Shown: piece by piece, positions 52,705 to 64,000 of the stretch
Numbering within the stretch: position 1 is the stretch's first letter
Layout: every line of letters starts with the position of its first letter
DNA from: Octopus vulgaris
Taxonomy: Eukaryota
NCBI GenBank assembly: GCA_951406725.2
Contig: OX597816.1
Location: forward strand, 75,578,001-75,642,000
Length of the DNA: 64,000 nucleotides
Reading direction: 5' to 3'
Translations under genes and position numbers: made by a program
Notes under the pieces: generated by a model
Databases searched by the model: none
What the model saw: the letters and a program-made list of their open reading frames with translations, nothing else
Told to the model about the DNA's origin: nothing

Positions 52705-55700
52705 AGGCACGAAAAGCTGGAGGAAACGTTGCGGGATATAAGATCTACCCTTCTATCGTAATGTGAGAGCAAATTTCTTCAGGATTTTCTTCCAAATTCT
52801 CGATAGGGCTTTCCCATTGCAACACAGATGTCATAGTCTTTTCAATATGAATACAATTAAGTTGTTTTACTCCACCACATTCATTGTGGTGGCTTCTAAT
52901 AAAGCAAGCTTACATGATACAATGTTGGCATTGCCCATGGGATCGGAATGGATGACTCCAGAGATGCCCCAAGCAAACATACCGTGTAGTCCGCTCTAAT
53001 AGAATCTTCCGAGGATAGGAATAGCCACATGCCTGGGGGAACGTTCGGGAACAGCACCGTCTTCAGTGGAACCAGATATATCACACAGAGTTGTTTTTAA
53101 CCAATCTGCTTCCTTATCCAACTCTACTACGAGTGAGGCGACAAAGGGACCCTTTGACCGTGTTACCCCACTCTAAGCTGTAACAGCAGAACTCCTGCGG
53201 AATTACCCATAGGAAGACACTACGTCCAGACCAACGGAGTGTAAAAATATGCGGTGAAAACTCATAGTAAAAGTAAATTTCGCATTGGGGCCATGCATCG
53301 TTTTGCACTGGTATTATTTTTCCTAATCAAGACTTAGGTTCTCTACATCACTAGTGAATATGTTTATTGTATAGCTGATAGTAAGGTTAAGTATAGTTTG
53401 GTGGTGAGTTGCATCCGGTCCTATCGGTCGGGCAGGTGTCTCTGCGGACTTTGCATCAAAGAGGAGTTAGAGATTATATTAACAAGAAATCGATTACTTA
53501 ATAAGCGTAATGAGAAAGAGATGTTTTGCACCCACAGAACGTCTCGTATCTTTGGACACTACTGAGTGGATCATAACCGTAACTATGACGAGATAGACTA
53601 GTCTTAAGCTCTTACCCAAAGTATTATGGGAAAAATGTTTGCCACTCAGCCATTGTAGTGTCGTAGCAGTTGAACGATGAAATCTGTCCTGTATCCTATA
53701 TAGTAATATGTCAATTGTCTATCCCTCGCATTTGCACCTCTGTCACCCTACCTAACAGTACATGTCTCCTAACCACGCCTGTCTCTGGGAAATCTTGGGT
53801 GGAATATCGAGTAATTCCAAAACAATTATCAAGCATTTTACTCGTAATAAACAGATAATCTAATACCCAAAATGGCTTGTTCTTCCGGTCGACACTACAT
53901 TATCTGAAGTTCGTTCCCTCTTCTTTCGTCAATCAAATTCACAGCCCGTCGCTATAGTAGAAGACACCACGCTATGAAATCAAAGGTCACAAAGCCACCG
54001 TCTTAATTAAACGGCTACGCCTGTGCCTATCTATATGAACACAAAATATTCATTGTTAAGTAGAAGAAAATCATATATAATTTACTAGGAAATATAGGGA
54101 GTTGCTTCATTGCTTCATTGCTTCATTGTATTTCATTTGTTTTAACTGTTTCAACATGATCGTTCACTATGAGTAGGCTATTCATTTGAATACATTCATA
54201 AAAACCATTACAAGAGGATAAGGCAAGTTAATCATGGTGTCCATGCAATGTAGTCGATTTAACTGCTGGCGAATGATTTTTTTTTTAGATTTTCCTAAGT
54301 ATTCTTTAGTTTAAAGCTGAATCACTTTACAACAATTTCTTCAAATTTCTTTCACGAATCAATTTTTTTTTATTGTTTATGAGATATCTCACTACTTGGT
54401 AAATCAACAGCAGAAGTAATTAGTATGACTCAAATATATTTCTGCCTATAGCTTTATCATTTCAATTACTTGTATTTTATTTCATTCACGCAGATTATCA
54501 TTCTTGCTTGTCATGCAATTTAAATAATTTAACTTCTGGGAAGGGATTGTTTTGAGAATTTCCCAAGCAGTCTCTTGCCGAAAGATGCATGGTTTTACGA
54601 GAAAATGTTTATTGATAGGGAGAGTCTTCTTCAAATATCTTTCTTAACTTGCTGAACATTCAGTAATGTAAAATGTTTCACCGAATGTTAAATCAATGAC
54701 AGATCTAATTTGTATGGGTAAATATGTTGCTGCCTATTTTATTTCATTCACACGTTTGCTTGCTTGAGGACAGGCAAAATAGTGTGACACACTTTCCTTT
54801 ATACCTTTTACTCTATTTAAAGAAATGAAAAGTTTCAAAGATAATAAATAGAATTCGATATTAAATAGATGTGAGACTGACTGAAACTTAGAGTTCAACA
54901 AAACTATATCAAAGCGTTCTACTATTGCTAGCATTTCTGAGGGAAATCAAATGCGAAATACAGTTTTGCCAAACGGCAGAAAATTTCAAGTAATATAAGT
55001 GTGTGTAGGTTCTCTCTCAGATCGGTAGCAGTTGTTCTCGTTATTGATAATGATAGTCTAGTGAAGATAATAAAGATGATTACTGTTGATTAAAAAATAG
55101 AATAGAATAAAAAATAAGTAAAATAAAATTATGATTGAAAAAAGGCAATTTTTAATGGTTAAAAGTTAATTTAAATAGGTTAATGTCTGGCATGTCTAAC
55201 TTGTAGAATTATTCTACCACTATTACTTCTAATAATTAGAAGTATATATAGTAAAAATAAGTATAGCAAGCACATATGCGGACACATAATTTACAACTTT
55301 CACGTGCATCTGACGTTTGCCTAGCATTTCGTTCGCTGCCTTTCGCTGGTGATTCTTGGTTCTACCAACTCAATTTTTTATCAATATACTTCGCGCTTCT
55401 GTCTCAGTGATATTTCTTTTTCTTCTATTCATCTTCCTCCTATCTTGATAAAGAATATTTATCTGAAGCGTCAATTACTTTTTTCTCATTGACAGTGCAA
55501 CAACTCTTCTTTTCTGCACAGAATGTCTTTCAGATGCTGGCATCATAAACAAAGGAAACTCGTGTTAACGTGGCAGCCTGTGTATAGTTACTTGGCAGGC
55601 CAGAAATAGCATCCTATCTTCCTTAAATAACACTTAATCGCATTGAAAAAGGAAAGGGATACATCGGGTAATGTAGCCCTATACATGTGGTACATAAGAC

Positions 55701-56201
55701 ACAGGTGGGATGGTCATGACTTAAACGACTTCGACAGTAGGTTTCCTTGTTCAGAGAACCTCTAGAGTTCGTGCATAGCAGTAACAGAAAGCAAAGAAAT
55801 GAAACATCTCTTTGAACTAGGCTCTATGAATAGTTCCATACTGTCTCCTCATATTTAAACCCTCCCCAACATCAGACATTCCTCATGGATCACCATAAAG
55901 GTAGATATCAGTTAATAATATGATGCATAACTGAAAATCTTTCTTCACTAAATACATGTGTATGTGCGTGTATGTGAGTAATTACGAAGGGGATGAAAAA
56001 TAAAAACATTTTCAATAGTTATCACATCTACCTAAATTTCAAACATCAATGAACAAATAAAATAATTTGCCATCCGTATTCTCATCAGCACGGGCGCTAC
56101 AATTAATATATATTTATGGGATATTGAAGACAGCACATGTTCCATCTAAATACATTATAATTTTTCAAATTTACCGCACAAGCGCAGTTATAGTCTGCAG
56201 C

Positions 56202-56369
56202 AAATAAAATATATGTGCCAGCATTCTTCAAAATTCCGAAATTATATTAAGAAAAAATATGTATAGTGTATAAAAAATAGAAAAAAATTCCACCAGTGGC
56301 TAGCATGCATAAAAGAGTTCTTAATATAATTTCGTACTTTTAAAGAATGCTGGCACATATATTTCATTT
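56202..56369. repeat. Inverted repeat / MITE-like foldback with ~50-bp arms
   Basis: AAATATATGTGCCAGCATTCTT...AAGAATGCTGGCACATATATTT. Confidence 0.7.
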
Positions 56370-56590
56370 CGTCTGAGTATAAGAAACAATATTGAGTTTG
56401 GTTAGGGCTGGTGATATTCAAATGTTAGAGTTGTTTGTAAGTTGGTAGAGAGCCAACTTACAGATTTCTATTATATTAAAAAGTTAAATGCATCAAATAT
56501 TTGCTGCTGTTTCGATTTATTTGTATTCATCTGCGAAGCTTAGTCAGCACGAGCCCGCTTGGTTCGTACTTTTCTACGCTTTTTTCACTA

Positions 56591-56629
56591 GTTTTAGCTC
56601 GAGAGCTGCGACCATACTGGGGCACCGCC
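56591..56629 (-). mobile_element. Isolated 3' tail of the CR1/L2-group LINE family
   Basis: GGCGGTGCCCCAGTATGGTCGCAGCTCTCGAGCTAAAAC matches 21901-21939. Confidence 0.6.
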
Positions 56630-56919
56630 GTTACTTGTAGGGAAAACAAATATAGTTATAAAGATATGGAGCCCACCAGTAATTTGAAAACTATTACAAT
56701 AGTTGAGCTAAAGGGAATTACTCAAATAAACCATTGGCATGGATTACGAAAAATCATGAAGGTGTTGAAATACTGAAGTAGTTATTCAGAAGATGCTTAA
56801 AATTCACTGTTATTTGGAGAAAGAAAACAAAAGCTAACAGCAATCGTTGCTGAATTACTACGAAAAGGGAGATAATTTAAAGGAGTGAATTGAGTTTTAA
56901 AAATTTAATCGTTATGCTT

Positions 56920-57390
56920 AAGAGATATCTGAAGTTTGTCGACTTGCAAGCCATCTCTTGTAGAGTATACCTAGCAACATAACCAAGCCTTGAGCATCCT
57001 TACCGATGCACTAAACAGCAGGCAGATTTGAGAGAAGCTCTTATATTTCGGAGATATATTGCAATTACAAAGCTTCGCTCTGACTTTGTGGTGTGGTCTG
57101 ATTTGACAAAACGAGATTCTGAATGTTAAGTTGATAATGTTTTGAGAAGATAATTTGAGTAGGATAATTAAAGGAAGAATCTAAAGTATGAAATCTGCCA
57201 AGGAATTGTGTGAGGCACGAGGATAACAGTGTATGTTACTTTCAATACAAATGAGATGTTGAGGATTTGAGGCTAGGTCTACAATATCCTATTTGGATGC
57301 CTTGGAAGAATAGTGCAGCAGTGATTTTTGAGCAGGAGTGGGAAGTAGAAAGTAATTCATCGTGGATATGGTAGAGGTATGCACGAGGAA
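56920..57390 (+). mobile_element. Decayed HERO/NeSL-type RLE domain fragment
   Basis: YT*QHNQAL, DLREALIFRRYIAITKLRSDFVVWS, RKNLKY, C*GF and SSWIW resemble the YTWRHNQVL, TxLRPD, GCRGF and SxWLW motifs. Confidence 0.55.
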
Positions 57391-57659
57391 GATCAAACCT
57401 GCGAGCCAAAACAAATCATCATCAGTGAGTAGTGAAACAAAATGTTTGCCCTATTGTTGGAGTGATTAAAGTTGGTTCAGTATGATGGCTGCATGGGTAA
57501 CAGAGGGGAAAACCGTGCCACAGTCAAGAATGTGGATAAAAAAATTTGAATATTTTTCGGTAGAATCATTGGAAGGAAACATACTGCAATCCTGAAAATG
57601 TTGACAGCTGATGAAATAAATGTTCCGCCGTGCAAGCGGTATGTAACCGTATACACACT

Positions 57660-57818
<159 letters not shown>

Positions 57819-57836
57819 TGATGTTTGTATGTATAT

Positions 57837-57867
<31 letters not shown>

Positions 57868-59820
57868 CATGTATGTATGTAGTGAAACATCAAAATTACG
57901 TCCGCGGCAGCAATCGTAGAAAGAATAAAGAAATTGGGAGTATCAATAATAAATGTTTGCAGTTAATATCTGGAAAGTTGCTAAAGCAATCTATAAATAG
58001 ATTTAATAAATATAGTCAGCATTAACGTAAAAGTCGAAATTTTAAATATGTGTGGCTCTAAGTGACCTCATTAAGTTTTCCATTTTCCGTGATGAAACTT
58101 TCCATCTTTTCACAATATATGCCACCATAAAATTCAGTTTTCAGTTTAAAATTGATTGTAAATTGGGCTCTACTGTCTTAGTAGCTATCGTAATTTCTCC
58201 CATGAAATTGTTTTGGAGATTGATCGAAAGAAGTCTAAGGACACCAATATACGAATAGTGCTTATTTATTTGGGAAATTGTTGATCAAAATCATTTCCAT
58301 TCTAATCTTAAATTTCAGCCGCTATCTCAAAGCAGAGTTGTTAAAGTTTAAAACATCTCAAATTTTTATCGAATACAGGATTGCTATCACCCTTTTCATC
58401 AATAGCAATATAAAAGCTTCCATAGTGTATTAAAACCAAGGCGGAGCTAATTTACATTGTTAAAATCTACCGCCCCCTTCAGCGTTTTCATTTTGAATGC
58501 TTGGATTTTATTTCATTCATACAATTTCGCAGAATGAAAAATTATGAAGTATGCCATATTTTTTAAATCTTTCGTTGTAACTGAAAAAAATGTATTGATA
58601 ATAAACCAAACAAAATTAAAAGAAGAATGCTTCAAAATTAAAATCTAACAAAACCGTGTTCATTCTACTATTGCTAGCCCTTTTAAGAGAAATCAAAATC
58701 AATATGCGATTTTATTATATAAAAGAAAATTTTATGTTGTATTTATAATTGAAATGATAAATTAACGCTATGCTCCTTCATCCGACAATTTAAAATAGAA
58801 GTTCCTTAAATTCACGTATCTTCTAGCTGTTCATATTCCACAGACATGATATTAAATTATATTTAGAGAAATCCTGTTACTCACTGAAATTTGGAATGCC
58901 ATAAAATATTGATTATAATAGAATAGAGATTTATTTAATTAAAAGATGATATTAATACTTGTAATTTCCCAATAAAGACAAGATTTTTTCCTTAAGCATG
59001 CGAAGTAAATTTTAAAAATCAATTTATTTCTTTAAATTATCTCCCCCTTTTCCTAGTAATTCACAAACGAATGCCTTTCGGATTTTGTTTCTCTTTCTCC
59101 AAATAATTTCATTTCAATTCATTAAGCAATTTTTTGTGCATGTATTTCAGTATTTCAACACCTCCATGATTTATCTTAATCCATGCCATCGATTTATTTC
59201 TGTAATTTCCCTTAGCTTAACTGTTTTTAACAGTTTTCAAATTACTGGTAGGCTTCAAATTTTTGTAACCTTTTTTCTGTTCGTAAAAACATTTATCTAC
59301 GGATCAAACGTGTTTGTGCTGACTATACTTCGCTGACGAATTCAAATTAGACCGAAACACGAGTACATATTTGATTTATTTTACTTTTTCAGTTTCTTTG
59401 CGAAATTGGTATCAGCTGGTTATGTTGCTAAGGGAAACTGCAGCGCCATATTCAGAAAATACAAACGGCTGAACATATACGTACAAAAAAGAATACAAGC
59501 AAAATTATGGGACCAAACTACAAGAAAATATTTTAGAATTTCAAGCATCTAAAGAGAAACTATTAATACTGACAAATAATCTAAGACGGGTAAAATTCAT
59601 GAATGTATTTAAATACGCATTTCAGTACACAGCTTGGGGAAAAGTACCCAATTCATGTAACTGTGGCGCCAGTGTTTTTTTTACTCATTCAGAGCTAATA
59701 ATTCACTTCGTCGCTATTCTGAGTTTCGCACGTGCATGTTTATGTCATGCTTATTGTCATCAGGACGAACGCATGCCTATTAGAAACCCAGAGCAACGAC
59801 GGAGTTATCATCAACATTAC

Positions 59821-60006
<186 letters not shown>

Positions 60007-60230
60007 ATATTCAGTGTTAAATAAAAAGACAACAAACGGAAAATATGACATATCTATATATATAATTCCAAAAGACGTGGAGTAAATAAATAAACGAACA
60101 TATGCTAAATACACCGGCAAACAGAAAATACAGAGGGTTACCGATTCATCATCAGTTATTGGCAAGAGGGTCAAACGCAATTTCAGCCATTATATACATA
60201 CATACATACATACATACATACATACATACT

Positions 60231-60283
<53 letters not shown>

Positions 60284-60288
60284 GAACA

Positions 60289-60832
60289 CAAGGCCCCTCG
60301 TCCAATGGACGGTGCTGAGTTGTCAAACATTTAAACCAAATTTTCTCAAAACAACTTGTCCGACCGTCCCATAAGTCTCCCCTTTGAGAAACACTGATTT
60401 AACCTAAATTTGAGACACCAGCAAAAGAAGAAATAAAGATAAACTTTTTTTCTATTCCAAAGAAAAACGATTTTATTCTCACAAATATGCAACCGAAGAG
60501 CTTAAAGTACCAGTAATGATAAGGCTGTTGACTGGGGGAACACAAACATGGTTTAAACAGTAAGCTTGGCAGGAAAGAAACGTGCCTTTAAGCAGTATAA
60601 AAACAACAAAAATTGGAAGGTGCAGTTACATACAAGTTGACGGAAGAACAGCAGGATAAAAAAGGCTTTATCGATCGCATTCTCACCTGGAATCGATTTT
60701 TGTAATTTTTTCAAGACTTATACACGCCCTGATACCGTCGGTATCTACATATCAAATTTGAGCGCAATCGGATGGACGATGCCAGAGATCCGAGAAAACA
60801 CACACACAGACAGACAGAATGGATTTTATATA
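60289..60832 (-). mobile_element. Probable non-autonomous Helitron (second family)
   Basis: Minus-strand 3' hairpin CGTCC-ATT-GGACG followed by CTTG|T; 5' end TATATAAAA...(TCTG)n, embedded in (TA)n. Confidence 0.55.
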
Positions 60833-60971
60833 ATATATATATATATATATACTATAATAAATATATATACTATAATAAAGGGTAAATATCATTAATGATT
60901 TTTACCAGGTGGTCAGCGCGGAAATATAAACCTCATAGGTAAATTTTACAAACTATTTTATAATTATATAC

Positions 60972-61256
60972 ATAATTATAACAATGGATTGGTTATACGT
61001 CTCACCACACACTGTAAAAATAGACACCAGAAGACACTATTACCGCCTTAAAATCTCCGAAAATAACACACTAAGTTGTAGGCGAGAAAAAGAAAGATAA
61101 TGAATCAAACTTTTGGTTAACCGTCTGATTCATTATCTTTCTTTTACTCGCCTACAACTTAGTGTGTTCTTTTCGGAGATTTTAAGGTGGTAATAGTGTC
61201 TTCTGGCGTCTGTTTTTACAGTGCGTGGTGAGGTGTATAGCCAATCTCTTGTCATA

Positions 61257-61262
<6 letters not shown>
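60972..61262. repeat. Long near-perfect palindrome (~140-bp arms, ~12-nt loop)
   Basis: ...CACTAAGTTGTAGGCGAG..AAAGAAAGATAATGAATCA / TGATTCATTATCTTTCTTT..CTCGCCTACAACTTAGTG... Confidence 0.9.
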
Positions 61263-61313
<51 letters not shown>

Positions 61314-62097
61314 TACACACACACATATGTACATATATGGGTACAGGACGTCACAAAACGTAAACAACATGAAATACGAAAATAGCGCTGGGTACGCAAA
61401 GAACAAGAGAAACAATGGAAAACAAGACAAGTAACACAAAAATCGACCCTTCATCAGTTGTTGGCTGTCCTTCTGCTCCTTATTTCGAGCAATGAACGAC
61501 AAGATAAAACTTTGAAGGCAGTTACTCCCGCGAACCAAAATAAAATTTGGGATTTGCGGAGGATCAATGCTGGTAACAAAAATAGGACAAATAACAAACG
61601 AAACGAAACGAATACAAACAGGGAGGGCCGTTCGGTTCAGACGAGGCACGGTAGCGAACGCTGGAAGAAGATTCTTTGATAAGAGAAAAGATAGGAGAGG
61701 AGACAGAAAGGAATGCGTTTGGATTACACAACAGGCTGAAGGAAAAGAAAGATGATCACGTGGGGAAGGGAAAGATGGACGATGGTCACGAGTGAACAAC
61801 GAGAGAGAGAGAGAGAGAGTAAAGGAGGAAGAGAGAGAGAGAGAGACAGATAGAAAACGGTGAAGAGGAGAAAAAATAATTAGAGAAAGAATATGTATGC
61901 ATGCATATATGTAAGTATGTATGCATGTGTGAATGTATGTATATATGCATGTATGTATATATATGTATGTATTCTTTTTTCCTTTGCTGAACATCCAATA
62001 ACACAGTACTTGTACCACGTCACCGCGTTGTTGTTTTTCTTGCTTGTTCTTTTTTTGATTGACTATATATGCATATGCACGCACACACAAACGCACG

Positions 62098-62146
<49 letters not shown>

Positions 62147-62755
62147 ACACACACGTATATATAAAAATCATTGATTTTCCGATAATCTATGATCCAGCAC
62201 CTCCTTTAATCTGGATAACTTACTTGAAAATCCCGTGGCTGCCAGTCCATTCCTTTTATATATATATATATAGCTTAAAGTTATCCTTACATCAAACCAT
62301 AACAAATCAAGATAAACTATACCTGCTAAAAACATCAAGAAAAAAAGAAAGAAAAATAAGTGGAATGTGGTGTATCGGTACGTAAGCAGTATGATGTCTA
62401 ATGCATTGATTGCTCTTCTATTTATGGTATTAAGAAGCAAAGGGAAAAAATATTGAATTTTATACAAACAGTTATTCAAAAAAAGTAAATGATTATAGAC
62501 AAGGGGCACGGAGATCTTGCATTTTATACTTTTCCTTCTTCTCATTCCACTTTTTTGCATCAACCTTATTCGCGTTTTGCTTCTCGTGTTTTTTCCTCAT
62601 ATTTTCTCATAGTTCTCATTGGTTTTCAAAAAGGTATCACGGTATGCATTGAACCTGAAAGATTGCTTGACATGTTCCTGTTATTATATATAAGGCTGCC
62701 AAATTATTGTATCTCTATAGTATGAAACTGTTAGTAGTTCCTTTTTAAATTCTAT

Positions 62756-62816
<61 letters not shown>

Positions 62817-63811
62817 TACACATAATGTATATCGGGCTCGTTTACTGTAATAAATATTTTGGTATGTATAGTCAAGCTTCCATTTTCTTTTTATATCAAA
62901 TAGATTTAACTATGAGATATCTTGAAATATCAGCATAGAGATATGAATAATTTTTGTCAATACCCTTTGAGTTCTCTAACACTTTTTTTTTAAACACTTA
63001 CATTCTTTACATGTATTCATAAGAACTATTTTTTCATCGTTAGTGTACAAACATATTTGTAAGTTGTCCTTAAAACATTTTTTTATTGATGATTGTGAAA
63101 TTCGTGTCAGCATTGTAACAACTTTTTTTTACATTCTGTTCGGTTGTATCTAAAACAGACGTAATTTCATTTTATTATTTCTCACATAATTTGACATGTT
63201 TTAAGATTCGTATTCAGTTAGAGCTTTGCCTCAGAGGATGATAAACATATTTAATTCAACTTGCTAATCTCGAGGTTACCAAAAACTTGCATGTATGTTA
63301 AACACTAATCTTTGTTTCAATATCTATGTCAATATTTTTTGTGTTTAGATTAAAGCTTGTGATATTTTCGTATGCACACGTACATACATACATACATGCA
63401 TACATACATGCACACACCGACACGTGCGCGCACATACACACTCTCATACGAACGTGGAATGTGCTCAATACGTTTTGTTGATTATATAGATTATTGTAAC
63501 CGATTATTGTTTATCTCGCGACTCTTTAACAACTCTTTAACGTACACATTTGAAGAGGCCCTAAAAAAGAGGCCGTGAGTAAGCTATATACGCGCGCGCG
63601 CGTGCGTGTGTGTGTGTGTGTGTATAATATATAGGTAAGTCAGAAATATAAAAAAATCTGGAAATAGCAATAAAGCTCAGACGTACACAGATTGGCGCTC
63701 AGTGGAAGTTTTAGATGGGAAAATACGAGTGGAAATGACGCTCCAAGCATGGTTCCTCGTCAAGAGACAAAAAAAGTCGAGAGAGGAAGAAAAGAAGGAA
63801 GTAGCAGATAT

Positions 63812-63923
<112 letters not shown>

Positions 63924-64000
63924 CATTTTTATTTTACTTGCTTCAGCCTGTAAGCCGTGGGCATGCTGGGGCACAACCCTTGGGGTTGTTAGAGTTTTAC

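Noticed and set aside
52464-52766. (AAAAGTV)n antifreeze- or mucin-like ORF
   Set aside because: A pure 21-bp repeat grown from trinucleotide tracts, open in several frames and both strands, with no splice or flanking coding evidence.
52760-53950. More GC-balanced stretch that may be a retroelement relic
   Set aside because: I could not recover convincing protein motifs by eye; it needs a translated search.
59325-59366. CTGACGA...GAAAC hammerhead-like motif
   Set aside because: Stems I and II do not pair convincingly; at best a decayed copy.
61182-62171. 329-aa minus-strand ORF
   Set aside because: Stitched from microsatellites and low-complexity repeat sequence, with no domain signature.

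Overview
AT-rich, repeat-dense animal genomic DNA. The SINE/LINE/microsatellite landscape suggests a coleoid cephalopod such as Octopus (inference). The only host coding sequence I can support is the terminal exon of a mitochondrial carrier (SLC25A32-like, 9770-9983, +); bases 1-9769 are probably its last intron. The rest is transposon-derived: several SINE families, a decayed Ty3/Gypsy LTR element with a 5-bp TSD, mariner remnants and MITEs, non-autonomous Helitrons, fragments of CR1/L2-, RTE-, R4/Dong- and HERO-type LINEs, and Penelope-type repeats. Three highlights. (1) Two different Tx1/L1-clade elements, one near full length and one ORF1-only, sit in tandem at the same position in the tRNA-like head of a SINE, with nested target-site duplications; this suggests a SINE- or tRNA-targeted retrotransposon system. 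(2) About ten minimal hammerhead-ribozyme motifs occur, and their cores covary at the 3-8 pair (C-G, U-A, G-C). (3) A LINE and the dominant SINE share a 3' tail with compensatory stem changes. Most ORFs in the supplied track are microsatellite artefacts. All coordinates were read by eye and may be off by a few bases.
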